Shown here in pieces: positions 32,545 through 42,628 of a stretch of DNA of 64,000 nt. The first letter of the stretch is position 1. Every line of letters starts with the position of its first letter. The translations under genes and the position numbers were made by a program. Source of the DNA: Actinomycetota bacterium (GTDB taxonomy: Bacteria; Actinomycetota; Geothermincolia; Geothermincolales; RBG-13-55-18); contig JABLXL010000006.1 of assembly GCA_013178005.1 (NCBI GenBank), forward strand, positions 5,523 through 69,522, in the 5' to 3' direction. The notes below the pieces were generated by a model. It was not told where the DNA came from. It searched no databases and was given only the letters and a program-made list of their open reading frames with translations.

Positions 32545-33909
32545 TTGAAGACGGAGCGATCCATGTACGTCTGCGGCGAGTGCGGAGGAGCCTCCCTGCA
32601 ATGGCTGGGCAGATGCCCCGCCTGCGGCAGCTTCGGGACCATGCGCGAGGAGAGGGAAGAGCCCCCGCGGCGGGGGACGAAGGCGCGCGAAAGCTCGCTT
32701 CTGCGCATGGAGACGGTGGAAGGGGAAAGCCCACGGTTACGCACGGGCATCGGCGAGCTTGACCGGGTGTTGGGCGGAGGGGCGGTGCCAGGGTCCTTGG
32801 TGCTCCTGGGGGGAGAGCCGGGGATAGGAAAGTCCACCCTGCTTCTTCAAGCCGCGTCATCCTTCGCTATGGGGGGCGCCAAGGTCCTGCTCGTTAGCGG
32901 TGAGGAATCGGCCGCCCAGATAGCCTCCCGCGCCAGGCGCACCTTCAGCCTCAACCCTGATCTGTATCTCGCGTGCGAGACGGATATGGAGTCGGTGGAA
33001 GGCGTGGCAAGAGAACTTTCCCCCCAGGTTATGGTGGTGGATTCCATCCAGACCATGCGCAGCCCGGAGCTCGAATCTTCCCCCGGAGGCGTGAACCAAC
33101 TGCGAGAGTGCGTGGCTCGCATGCAGGCGCTGGCCAAGGAGACCGGAGCGGTGATCTTTCTGGTGGGTCACGTCACCAAGGAGGGGGTGCTGGCCGGCCC
33201 CAGGCTGGTGGAGCATATGGTGGACTGCGTCCTTTATTTCGAGGGAGAACGCTTCGACTCCCTGCGCGTCCTCCGTGCCGCCAAGAACCGTTTCGGTTCC
33301 GTGAGCGAGGTGGGTATTTTCGAGATGACCGACGCCGGGTTGCGGGAGGTGGAGGACCCCTCGCGACTCTTCCTTGACGCGCGCGAGAAGCCGGTGCCAG
33401 GGACGGCGGTGACGGTGATAATGGAGGGCAAGCGCCCGCTGCTCGTGGAGGTGCAGGCCCTGGTGGCGCCCTCGAGACTCCCCGCGCCCAAACGCGTATC
33501 CACCGGCATGGACGGCAGACGCCTGGCGATTAACGTGGCGGTGCTGGAGCGCAAGGCGAAGGTCGCGCTTTCGGAGCGCGATATCTACGTAGGAGTGTGT
33601 GGGGGCCTGCAGGTCTCCGAGCCGGCCCTGGACTTGGGGGTATGCATGGCTATAGCATCCTCGCGTTATGATCGGACCCTTCCCCCGCACGCGGTCTTCG
33701 TGGGCGAAGTGAGCCTCACGGGGGAGGTGCGCCCGGTTTCCCGTATCGGCGAGCGGGCCCGTGAGGCGTCGCGCCTGGGGTTCCTCTCCCTGGTCATTTC
33801 GGACAAGGCGCGCGCCCAAGGTTTGCCTCACGGCATCGAGGTGGTGGGGGTCCGGGATGTGGCTCACGCCCTGGCGGCATTTGGGATATCCCGTGCGCGC
33901 GAGCATTAA
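32545..33909 (+). CDS. radA: DNA repair protein RadA/Sms
   Basis: CGEC...CPAC zinc finger, GEPGIGKST, KNRFG, Lon-like C-terminus. Confidence 0.97.
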   Translation: MKTERSMYVCGECGGASLQWLGRCPACGSFGTMREEREEPPRRGTKARESSLLRMETVEGESPRLRTGIGELDRVLGGGAVPGSLVLLGGEPGIGKSTLLLQAASSFAMGGAKVLLVSGEESAAQIASRARRTFSLNPDLYLACETDMESVEGVARELSPQVMVVDSIQTMRSPELESSPGGVNQLRECVARMQALAKETGAVIFLVGHVTKEGVLAGPRLVEHMVDCVLYFEGERFDSLRVLRAAKNRFGSVSEVGIFEMTDAGLREVEDPSRLFLDAREKPVPGTAVTVIMEGKRPLLVEVQALVAPSRLPAPKRVSTGMDGRRLAINVAVLERKAKVALSERDIYVGVCGGLQVSEPALDLGVCMAIASSRYDRTLPPHAVFVGEVSLTGEVRPVSRIGERAREASRLGFLSLVISDKARAQGLPHGIEVVGVRDVAHALAAFGISRAREH

Positions 33910-34151
33910 GTGAAGGCCCGCGGCCTGCGCTGCCTCGAATTACCCTTCCCTTACGCAAACCATGCGGCACGAATACACTATTGCCGTGCATTGGTCAAGG
34001 CGGGTGCTCGCTGCCGGCGTTGACGCGAACCATTTTTTCAGCCTCCGCGCGCGACAAGGCACGGGTGCGCTTTTTTCGCGCATTGATTATGATATAGGCA
34101 GCTCGAGGCAAGTGCCGTCAGGCCCGTGGCACCACCGTTGACGGGAGGCCC

Positions 34152-35228
34152 ATGGAAGATTACCGCAAGGACCGGGATTACCTTGAATACCTGCGCCTGG
34201 TCGCGCCGGGAACGGAGCTGCGCGAAGCGCTGGCCCGACTAATGTCCTCGCATCTGGGAGCTCTTATAGTGATGGGTGACGGCGACGATGTCCTTGAGGT
34301 GGTGGACGGCGGGGTCGAGCTGAACTGGGAGTTTTCCGCCGCCAATCTCTTCCAGGTATCGAAGATGGACGGAGCAGTGGTGCTTGACGAGGGGCTCTCG
34401 AAAATTCGTTTCGCCAATGTCCACCTGGTGCCGGATCCATCCATACCCACCAAGGAGGGCGGGACGCGCCACCGCACGGCGGAAAGGGTCGCGAAACAGA
34501 CGGGCAGGCTGGTCATCGCCGTCTCCGAACGCATGGAAAGAGTTACCATGTACAAGGACGACTGGAGCCACGTCATCCTCTCTGTGCGCGTGCTGATAAG
34601 CAAGGCGAACCAGGCGCTGCAGACGCTGGAGAAGTACAAAGCACGCCTCGACCACGTTTCCGCCACCCTGAGCGCGCTGGAGTTCGAGGACCTGGTAAGC
34701 CTCCAGGATGTGGCGAGCGTGCTGCAACGGGCGGAGATGATGGTCAGGTTGGCGGAGGAGATCAAGGTATACCTTGCGGAGTTGGGGGTGGAAGGCAGGT
34801 TGGTTGAGCTCCAGATGGAGGAGCTCATGTTCGGGGTAGAGAGGGAGAAGAGAAACGTCATCAGGGATTACCGCGTCGAGGAGCGGGGAAAAACGGTGGA
34901 GGCGGTGGAGAAAAGCCTCACCAACCTGACCGACGAGGAGCTGCTGCAGTTGACCAGCGTGGCACAAGCCCTTGGCTATTCCGGCGCACACGATGAGATG
35001 GACCGGCCCCTTTCTCCCCGGGGATACCGCATGCTGGAGCGCATCCCCAGGCTGCCTTCATCGGTGGTGGAGAAGCTGGTCAAGAATTTCAAGACCATGC
35101 AGAACATCATGCAGGCCTCGGAGAAGATGCTCGACGAGGTGGAAGGGGTGGGCAAGGTACGCGCCCGCGCCATCAAGGAAGGGTTGCGCCGCATAGCCGA
35201 GTCGTCGCTGGTGGAGAGGTATATTTAA
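34152..35228 (+). CDS. disA: DNA integrity scanning diadenylate cyclase DisA
   Basis: VAPGT, KMDGA and GTRHRTAER DAC motifs, C-terminal HhH; follows radA. Confidence 0.96.
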   Translation: MEDYRKDRDYLEYLRLVAPGTELREALARLMSSHLGALIVMGDGDDVLEVVDGGVELNWEFSAANLFQVSKMDGAVVLDEGLSKIRFANVHLVPDPSIPTKEGGTRHRTAERVAKQTGRLVIAVSERMERVTMYKDDWSHVILSVRVLISKANQALQTLEKYKARLDHVSATLSALEFEDLVSLQDVASVLQRAEMMVRLAEEIKVYLAELGVEGRLVELQMEELMFGVEREKRNVIRDYRVEERGKTVEAVEKSLTNLTDEELLQLTSVAQALGYSGAHDEMDRPLSPRGYRMLERIPRLPSSVVEKLVKNFKTMQNIMQASEKMLDEVEGVGKVRARAIKEGLRRIAESSLVERYI

Positions 35229-35384
35229 GAGGCCCGCGGTCCCGAGGTCACTAGAGGGCTCTGTGCCAGTCGCAAAGGCCTGCGGCATGGCGATGATACC
35301 GATGGCGTATGCCGCGGACCAATGGATAAACTTATCCATTATATGGTACCTGCTTTACTGAACGGCGCTGTCGGTTTAGCGTGT

Positions 35385-35414
35385 TTGACACCCCCGAAAG
35401 ACCGAACCTATAAT
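35385..35414 (+). promoter_or_regulatory. Consensus sigma70 promoter
   Basis: TTGACA-N18-TATAAT immediately upstream of ORF 35432. Confidence 0.7.
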
Positions 35415-35431
35415 AAACTTAACCTGATGAT

Positions 35432-35839
35432 ATGGAGGAAATGATGCGCGAGGCGGATTGTGCGGAATTCCAGAAGACCGTTTCGGAGCACCTGGTCCGC
35501 AACCGCAGTATCCTCGATGTCATGACCAAGCTCCAGGATGCCGCAACAAGGATCAACCGCGCTTTGGCGAAGACCGTCACCAGCTGCGGTTGTTTAAGTA
35601 TAGAGGCAAAAAAGCAGGAATTGCCCGAGGATGCTAGTTTTTCCCAGGTGGCCAATTACGTCAAGAGCCATATAGAGGGCAAGCTCTGCCCCAACTGCGC
35701 CGACGTCATCGAGATGGAGCTGGGCAACGCCATGTTCTATCTCGCGGCTACCTGTTGCCTGCTCGACCTGGATCTTAAAAGCGTGCTGGAGAGGGAAAAC
35801 GACCGCATAAACACCCTGGGAGTGTACAGCCTCACCTAG
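35432..35839 (+). CDS. Conserved Cys-containing hypothetical protein (possibly MazG-like all-alpha fold)
   Basis: RSILDVMTK, VTSCGC, LCPNC, ELGNAMFYLA; has its own promoter and lies between disA and carD. Confidence 0.75.
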   Translation: MEEMMREADCAEFQKTVSEHLVRNRSILDVMTKLQDAATRINRALAKTVTSCGCLSIEAKKQELPEDASFSQVANYVKSHIEGKLCPNCADVIEMELGNAMFYLAATCCLLDLDLKSVLERENDRINTLGVYSLT

Positions 35840-36032
35840 CGGAGCGGTGACCCCGGTGCCAGGATACGGGCAGGAGCGTCCGCAGAGTACTTGAGTTTAC
35901 AGCGAAGGATGGTTGTTGCCCGGATAGCCTGGACCGCGCTTTGACCACCCCGGTACTTGCGCAAGAACGGGATGCTTTTTCGCGCGGGAGGGAAACGCCG
36001 GGAAAGCCCAAGAGGCCTGAGAGGTGATGAGG

Positions 36033-36515
36033 ATGTTTCATGTGGGCGATGTGGTAGTCTATCCTCACCATGGGGCGGGGGTCATCGAGGGCATTTCCGA
36101 GAAGGACGTGGAGGGGGAGAAAAAGAAGTATTTCGTCCTCAGGATGTGCCAGGGAAACCTAAAGGTGATGGTTCCCGCGGATAGCTCGCAGGAAGTGGGT
36201 CTGCGCAGCGTCATCGGCGAGGAAGAGGTCGAGAGGGTTTTCGACATCCTGGGCGAGAAACCGACCCCCATGCCAAGCAACTGGAACCACCGCTACAAGA
36301 AGAACCGGGAAAAGCTGCACAGCGGCGATATCTTCCAGGTGGCGGAGGTAGTGCGCAACCTCACCGTAAGGGACATGGAGAAGGGGCTTTCCAGTGGCGA
36401 GAAGCGCATGCTGGCCCACGCCCGCGAGATACTCGCGAGCGAGTTGGCTTTTGCCGTGAGGGTGGAAGCCGAGGAAGCCCTGCGCATGATCGAGGAGACG
36501 TTCTCCTCCTCCTGA
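36033..36515 (+). CDS. carD: CarD family transcriptional regulator
   Basis: FHVGDVVVYPHHGAG, NWNHRYK, AEVVRNL, LSSGEKRML. Confidence 0.95.
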   Translation: MFHVGDVVVYPHHGAGVIEGISEKDVEGEKKKYFVLRMCQGNLKVMVPADSSQEVGLRSVIGEEEVERVFDILGEKPTPMPSNWNHRYKKNREKLHSGDIFQVAEVVRNLTVRDMEKGLSSGEKRMLAHAREILASELAFAVRVEAEEALRMIEETFSSS

Positions 36516-36635
36516 CCCGGCGTCTTGCGCTATAATCTATATGGACCCCCGGGTTCCATCATCTTTTTATCATCCGCTCGGGGGAATAACTGCGAAGGGA
36601 GGGTTGCGCCGCTGGTGCGGAAGCATGGTTAGTAC

Positions 36636-37700
36636 ATGGTAGTCCTCGTCGTCCGACTCATCTTCATGTTTGTCGGAGGGATAGGGGGCTATGAGCTGGG
36701 ACAGCTTCTGGAGAGGCAATACCTGCACGATCTCGACCCGACTTATTATCTTATCGGCTTAATCGTTTCCATAATCGTCTGCGTGGGGTTGGGGTTCGTG
36801 ATCGGGGGAGCCGCGGGAAGGTACCTGGCCAGACTCCTCAACCGTTTCGAGGTGGCTATTCAGGACGTCCCGGGCACCGATATCCTCATGGGAGCGATCG
36901 GCATCATAGCCGGTTTCCTCATCGCCTTCCTTCCCTCGGTCATACTCTTCCGTTCCTACCCGGGATGGGTTTTCGCCCTGGTTCTCTATGCCTTCTGTGG
37001 GGTCATAGGATACATCATCGCGGTGCAGAAAAAGGAGGACATCCTTAACCTGTTCCGGGGCTCGCGCCAGGCGCCGGCCGGTCCGGATGCGGAGAAGAAG
37101 GCGCGACCCGCGCTCATCCTGGACACCAGCGTGATCATCGACGGTCGCATCACCGATATCTGCCGCTCCGGCTTTATGGAAGGGCAGCTGGTGGCGCCCC
37201 GTTTCGTCCTCGAGGAGCTTCAGTCCATAGCCGATTCCGAGGAGCCCCTCAAGCGTAACCGCGGCAGGCGCGGCCTGGACGTGCTCAACGCCCTGCAGAG
37301 ACTGGACCGCGTGGAGGTACGGATCGAGGAACGGGACTTTCCCGAGATGTCCGGAGTGGACACGAAGCTGATCGCGTTGGCCAAGGATTTGGACCTGCCG
37401 GTCATGACCACCGATTTCAACCTCAACCGAATCGCCGAGCTGCAGGGGGTGCGCGTGTTGAACATCAACGAGCTGGCGAACTCACTGAAACCGATAGTGC
37501 TTCCGGGGGAATCCGTCACCCTTACCCTGGTCAAGGAAGGCAAGGAGCAGGGCCAGGGTGTGGGGTACCTCGACGACGGCACCATGGTGGTGGTGGAAAG
37601 GGGAAAAAAGTATATCGGGCGCAAGGTGGACGTTGTGGTGACCAGTATCCTACAGACGCCGGCGGGGAGGATGATCTTCTCCACGCTGAAGGGGGGATAG
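36636..37700 (+). CDS. Membrane PIN/TRAM domain protein (YacL-like)
   Basis: N-terminal TM helices, LDTSVIIDGRI, RGRRGLD, TTDFNLN, GYLDDGTMVVVE. Confidence 0.93.
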   Translation: MVVLVVRLIFMFVGGIGGYELGQLLERQYLHDLDPTYYLIGLIVSIIVCVGLGFVIGGAAGRYLARLLNRFEVAIQDVPGTDILMGAIGIIAGFLIAFLPSVILFRSYPGWVFALVLYAFCGVIGYIIAVQKKEDILNLFRGSRQAPAGPDAEKKARPALILDTSVIIDGRITDICRSGFMEGQLVAPRFVLEELQSIADSEEPLKRNRGRRGLDVLNALQRLDRVEVRIEERDFPEMSGVDTKLIALAKDLDLPVMTTDFNLNRIAELQGVRVLNINELANSLKPIVLPGESVTLTLVKEGKEQGQGVGYLDDGTMVVVERGKKYIGRKVDVVVTSILQTPAGRMIFSTLKGG

Positions 37701-37703
37701 GAG

Positions 37704-38432
37704 ATGGGAGGGGCGGCTGCGATAGTGGCCGGCGCGGGCAGAGGAGAGAGGATAGGCCACAAGGAAGGAAAACAGTTCCTGTCCCTGGGCGGCATACCGG
37801 TGCTCGCCCGTTCTCTTCTTAACCTGGCGGCGGTGCCCGAGGTGGAGGAGATAGTCCTGGTCGTGAACGCCGGGGACATAGAGCGTGCGGAAAGGGAGAT
37901 CGTTAAGCGCTACGCCCTGGAGAAGGTGAAAGCCGTGGTGGAGGGAGGGGAATGGAGGCAGGAATCGGTCTTCCGTGCCCTGCGAACCCTGCGTTCGCGC
38001 GCGGAGACCATCGTGGTGCATGACGGGGCGAGGCCGCTCGCCACCCCCCCGTTGTTCAGGCGCGCCCTCAAGGCCTTGTCCGATTGGGACTGCGAGGGAG
38101 TGATAACCGCCGTCCCGGTGGTGGACACCATCAAGGAGGTGGAGGGAGGCTGGGTGATCAGGACCCCGGAGCGGAGGCGGCTCTGGGCGGTGCAGACACC
38201 CCAGTGTTTTCGCTCCGCCGCCCTCCAGGACGCCCACGAGCGCGCTTTCCGGGAGGGGGTTTGGGCGACGGACGACGCGGCGTTGCTGGAGAGGTACCGT
38301 TACCGCGTGAGGGTGGTGGAAGGAGAGATCACCAACATCAAGATAACCTATCCCCGCGACCTCATCATGGCGGAAGCGTTGCTGGAGGAAGGAGGGCTGG
38401 AGGTTGTCGTTCCGGACGGGTCTGGGCTTTGA
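37704..38432 (+). CDS. ispD: 2-C-methyl-D-erythritol 4-phosphate cytidylyltransferase
   Basis: AGAGRGERIG, VHDGARP, VQTPQ, TDDA, NIKITYP. Confidence 0.95.
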   Translation: MGGAAAIVAGAGRGERIGHKEGKQFLSLGGIPVLARSLLNLAAVPEVEEIVLVVNAGDIERAEREIVKRYALEKVKAVVEGGEWRQESVFRALRTLRSRAETIVVHDGARPLATPPLFRRALKALSDWDCEGVITAVPVVDTIKEVEGGWVIRTPERRRLWAVQTPQCFRSAALQDAHERAFREGVWATDDAALLERYRYRVRVVEGEITNIKITYPRDLIMAEALLEEGGLEVVVPDGSGL

Positions 38433-38889
38433 CGCTCACGCATTCGAGGAGGGCAGGAAGCTGGTGCTGGGAGGGGTTCAGGTGCCGTATGCACGTGGGC
38501 TGGCGGGTCATTCCGACGCGGACGTCCTGACCCACGCCCTCATGGACGCCCTGCTGGGCGCGTGCGGGGAGAGGGACATCGGGGAACATTTTCCCGATCA
38601 GGATCCGGCTTACCAGGGTATATCCAGCCTTGTGCTCCTGGAGGAAGTGGTGGGTTTGCTGAGGGAGAAGAACTACCGCGTGGTGAACGCCGACTGCGTG
38701 ATCGTGGCGCAGGAACCGCGCCTGGCTCCTTATATCCAGAGCATGCGTGAGGCCCTGGCCTTCACCTTGGGGATAGAGATCGACCGGGTGGGAGTCAAGG
38801 CCACCACCACCGAGGGAATGGGTTTCGCGGGGCGCGGCGAGGGCATCGCCGCCATGGCCACGGTGTTGCTCCAGAAGCCCGAGACCTAG
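38404..38889 (+). CDS. ispF: 2-C-methyl-D-erythritol 2,4-cyclodiphosphate synthase
   Basis: GLGFDAH, GHSDADV, DIGEHFPD, KATTTE. Confidence 0.96.
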   Translation: MSFRTGLGFDAHAFEEGRKLVLGGVQVPYARGLAGHSDADVLTHALMDALLGACGERDIGEHFPDQDPAYQGISSLVLLEEVVGLLREKNYRVVNADCVIVAQEPRLAPYIQSMREALAFTLGIEIDRVGVKATTTEGMGFAGRGEGIAAMATVLLQKPET

Positions 38890-39071
38890 GTGAGCTTCCC
38901 TGAACAGGTCCGCACGCGCGGGGCTTGCAACAATAGTATTGCGCCTGGCTCCGGGAATATGGTGCCCGGGTTCATAAATATTGATGCTAGGCTTAGAAGC
39001 ATTGTGGACGCCCGCTTGACAGGCGTGTTAGCATGGTAACGTTCGAGATTTCTTGAAAAGAGAAAAACATG

Positions 39072-39227
39072 CCTGCCGGATCCCGCGAGGGATAAAAGGG
39101 AAGTCGGTGAGAGTCCGACACGGTAGCGCCGCTGTGACCGGGGAGCGAAGCCCCAATGATCCACTGGCATCGGCCGGGAAGGAGGGGCGGAGCGAGGATC
39201 CGGGAGTCAGAAGACCTATCCGGCAGG
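39072..39227 (+). ncRNA. Cobalamin (B12) riboswitch
   Basis: aaaagggaa-gtcggtgagagtccgac-acgg...gccgctgtga, ccactg...gggaagg and the B12-box agtcagaagacct. Flanks cctgccggat and atccggcagg are complementary. Confidence 0.92.
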
Positions 39228-39272
39228 GGTCAGCAAGCTCTCCGCATCAGAGGGAACCTGACGTGAAAGGCG

Positions 39273-39309
39273 ATCTCCACTCTCAAGGCGAGAGCGGAGA
39301 TTTTATTTT
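39273..39309 (+). terminator. Intrinsic terminator (expression platform of the B12 riboswitch)
   Basis: Stem atctccactctc-aaggc-gagagcggagat followed by tttatttt. Confidence 0.7.
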
Positions 39310-39367
39310 CCGCGGCTATGCCCTCCTGAGCGCGGTGGAGCGGAAAGCGAGCCAAAGGAGGGAAAAG

Positions 39368-41980
39368 ATGTCGGCGGGAATCAGGGGCGGCAAACAAGTC
39401 GCCAGCGAGAGGAAAGGTGTTCGTTTCGTGGCCGTGGCGGTCCTTGCCGTCGCCTTGACGCTGGCGGGATCGGGAATCCCCGCCCTGCAGCGGGCGCCGC
39501 GCGCCGAGGTCGCCATTGCGCAAGGAACGGAACCGGTTTTCGAGAGCGCCGATTACCGTATCAAGGACGGCACAGGACCGCGCATCGTGGATGGCGTGGC
39601 GTACCTCTTCGCCGGGAACGACCCCTGGATGCCGCCCGGGGAAAACAGCAGCGTGGTGGCCCTTGACGCCAGGGACGGTACGCTGCTCTGGCAGAAGGAG
39701 CTGGAGTGGGCGGGCGGCATGGGATCGAAGGCGCGCCCCCTCTACGACGAGGGCCGCATCTACATCGGCTGCGGAAAGAGCGTCTACTGCCTGGACGCCG
39801 CAAACAACGGCAACGTATTGTGGGCGAAGGACATCACCCCCGCGGACGCGTCCATGGGGAACTCGGTGATCATTGCCGACGTGGTTACGTATTCCAACGC
39901 CGCGGGCACCAAGGTGGTGGTGGTGGGGGATTACATCTATGGCAAGTACCTGGGGCTCAACGCGGATACCGGTGCCGTGCTGTGGAGCTTCGACCTCGAT
40001 GCCGGTTCCTCGGCCATCGGGGCGCCAGGGGTGGACGATACCGGAAATCGCCTCTATCTTCCCCAGCACGCTTCCTTCGGCAGCCCGGTGAACGGGAAGA
40101 TATTCTGCCTCGACGTGTCGGTGGCCACGCCTGCCAAGAAATGGGAACTCAAGGCTGATTACGACGTGGCCGGATCCGTTGCCCTGGACGGCGCGAACCT
40201 CTACTTCAGCGACTTCGCCTATGGCGGACCCATGGGCAACCTCTACCGTGTCGAGGACAAGGGAAGCGAGGCCGTTCTGGCCTGGAAACAGCCCATCTGG
40301 GGTTCGTCAGGCACCCCACTCGTCGACACCAACAGCGGCACCCTCTATGTCTGCGGCAACGATTACTCCGTGGGAGGGAACCATTTCTACGCCTTCGACC
40401 TGGACACGGGCGGGCTGGTCTGGGATAACCCCAACTGGGGCGCTTATAACGGAAACTGCGTGCTCTCCCCCACCACGGGTTATTTGTACGCGGGGAGCTT
40501 CGACACTGGCGCCTGGGCGCACAACAAGGGCATGGGGGCAATGGAAGCTTACACGGGCAGCGAGCTGTGGTACGTGCAGCAGAAGGGCGGGGGGGACCCC
40601 GTGGTCGCCGGCGGACTGGTCTATACCACCGCCGACGGCCGCCTCTACGCCTACGAGGAGTATAAACCCACCTCCTACGACTGGTACTTCGCCGAGGGTT
40701 ATACCGGAGAGGGCTTCGAGGAATGGCTGTGCCTGGCCAATCCGGGCGACGCTCCCGAGGACGATGCCACGGTGAACGTCACCTACCTCTTCAACGGCGA
40801 AAGAGACCCCGAGACGCTTGTGTATGGGGTGAATGCGGGCACCCGTGTCACCATCGATGTCAAGGGCGCCGTCGGGAAGGATGCGGAGGTCTCCATCAAG
40901 GTGGTTTCCGACAAGCCCTTGGTCGCGGAGCGCCCCGTTTATTTCCGGTACACCGGAACGGGCAACCATGCGTGGACGGGCGGACACTGCGTGGTGGGGG
41001 CGGACGATCCCCTGACCGACTGGTACTTCGCCGAGGGTTATACAGGAGAGGGCTTCGAGGAGTGGCTGTGCCTGGCCAACTTCGGAGACAGCCTGGCCAC
41101 GGTGAAGGTCGCCTACATATACCAGGAGGGAGAACCACTGGAGAAGGAATACTACGTGCCGGGAAACCGCCGCGTGACCTTCAGCGTCAACTCGGAGGCA
41201 GGGGAGGGGCGAGATGTCTCCATAGCCGTGGAGAGCAACCGCCCGGTGGTGGCGGAGCGCCCCATGTACTTCTCCTACCAGGGCATGGGATCCCATGGCT
41301 GGACGGGAGGCCACTGCGTGATCGGCGCGGCGGGAGCCGGCACTAGCTGGTACTTCGCCGAGGGTTATACAGGAGAGGGCTTCGAGGAATGGCTATGCCT
41401 TGCTAACCCCGGTGATGAGGACGCGCTGGTGGAAGTCACCTACCTCTACCAGGATGGAGAACCGGAGACCAAGGAATACGGCGTGCCCGCGCATACCCGC
41501 CGTACCCTGAGCGTCAACCTGGAGGCGGGTGCGGGCAGGGAGCTGGGCCTGGCGGTGAAGTCCACGCGGCCCGTGCTGGCCGAGCGCCCCATCTATTTCA
41601 ACTACAGGGGCGCCTGGGACGGAGGCTCCTGCGTCATCGGGGCCGCCATTCCCGGCAACTACTGGTGCCTCGCGGAGGGATACACCGATGTCCATTTCGA
41701 CCAGTACGTTTGCGTATCCAATCCCGGCAAGGAGGACGCGACGGTGGTGGTGACGCCACTGTTCGGAGACGGCGAGGCGGAGGAATACGCGGTCTCCGCC
41801 GGCCGCCGCTTCACCCTGACGCTATCAAGCGCAGAGCCCACAGAGCGCGCCTACGCTATAACCTCGGACCGGGGCGTGGTGGTGGAAAGGGCAATGTATT
41901 TCGACTACCAGGGCCTGGGCGCGCACGGCTGGAAGGGCGGACACTGCACCAGGGGAGCAACCCTGAGCGATATCTACTAA
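39368..41980 (+). CDS. Secreted PQQ/BamB-like beta-propeller protein with four C-terminal WYFAEGYTG (DUF5719-like) repeats
   Basis: Signal peptide; repeated ALDAxxG..LW blade motifs; four domains of about 110 aa starting W(Y/C)xAEGYT. Start reassigned downstream of the riboswitch. Confidence 0.85.
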   Translation: MSAGIRGGKQVASERKGVRFVAVAVLAVALTLAGSGIPALQRAPRAEVAIAQGTEPVFESADYRIKDGTGPRIVDGVAYLFAGNDPWMPPGENSSVVALDARDGTLLWQKELEWAGGMGSKARPLYDEGRIYIGCGKSVYCLDAANNGNVLWAKDITPADASMGNSVIIADVVTYSNAAGTKVVVVGDYIYGKYLGLNADTGAVLWSFDLDAGSSAIGAPGVDDTGNRLYLPQHASFGSPVNGKIFCLDVSVATPAKKWELKADYDVAGSVALDGANLYFSDFAYGGPMGNLYRVEDKGSEAVLAWKQPIWGSSGTPLVDTNSGTLYVCGNDYSVGGNHFYAFDLDTGGLVWDNPNWGAYNGNCVLSPTTGYLYAGSFDTGAWAHNKGMGAMEAYTGSELWYVQQKGGGDPVVAGGLVYTTADGRLYAYEEYKPTSYDWYFAEGYTGEGFEEWLCLANPGDAPEDDATVNVTYLFNGERDPETLVYGVNAGTRVTIDVKGAVGKDAEVSIKVVSDKPLVAERPVYFRYTGTGNHAWTGGHCVVGADDPLTDWYFAEGYTGEGFEEWLCLANFGDSLATVKVAYIYQEGEPLEKEYYVPGNRRVTFSVNSEAGEGRDVSIAVESNRPVVAERPMYFSYQGMGSHGWTGGHCVIGAAGAGTSWYFAEGYTGEGFEEWLCLANPGDEDALVEVTYLYQDGEPETKEYGVPAHTRRTLSVNLEAGAGRELGLAVKSTRPVLAERPIYFNYRGAWDGGSCVIGAAIPGNYWCLAEGYTDVHFDQYVCVSNPGKEDATVVVTPLFGDGEAEEYAVSAGRRFTLTLSSAEPTERAYAITSDRGVVVERAMYFDYQGLGAHGWKGGHCTRGATLSDIY
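40679..41965 (+). repeat. Intragenic domain repeats, four copies
   Basis: tggtacttcgccgagggttatac(a/c)ggagagggcttcgagga recurs near 40682, 41021 and 41348, with a degenerate copy near 41663. Confidence 0.85.
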
Positions 41981-42628
41981 GAGTCAAGAGGGGCGGGCGG
42001 CAGCAGGCTTGCCGTCCCGGGAGAAAGCCGGGAGGCGCACGAACCTCGCGTTTGCTCGCGGAGGGTATGAAGGTGAGAAGCGGGAGAAGAAAGGACCCTG
42101 GATGCCGCGTCCTGGCATGGCCGTTTCGTCCATGTGGGCCCGACCAGGCGCGGGGTGACGGGGCATAACCAAGATCTTCCTGATCAGCGGTCCCACTTGA
42201 CCTCGCGGTCGACCAAGCCGGTCCCAGCCGGCGGGGCGGGGAAGCGTTGAGCTTCCCCGCCCGACCGCGTGTCCGGGAAGGGAGGGATCGTGCATGGGGG
42301 AGAGGTTTCGATGGGGGCGTTGGGAAGCGATATGGGAAAGCGCATGGAGCCGCCGGCGGGCGAAGTGGCCCGGCGGAGGGAGTGAGGACGGCGAACCGCC
42401 AGATGCCTTCGCGCTGGAGCTCACGGCACTGATGTCGAAAGCGCGGACGTTCTTGCAGGGCGCTTGGCCGCTTGGCTTGAAGGAACGGCCCGCGCAGAGG
42501 GTCATTCAGCGGTCTGCCCGTGCCTTTTACCTGGCGGGGAAGTGGGGCGGTAACGACGCCGGCGCGTGGGGACACATAACGTGTACGAGTCCATGCGCAG
42601 CGGAGAGTGCTGGAGCGGCGAAGGAGCG

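Noticed and set aside
39053-39367. N-terminal extension of the 975-aa ORF
   Set aside because: It runs through the cobalamin riboswitch and terminator; the signal peptide begins after ATG 39368.
41981-42628. Second cobalamin riboswitch or small gene in the 650-bp gap
   Set aside because: No B12-box found, only generic GC hairpins; the ORFs here are low-complexity.
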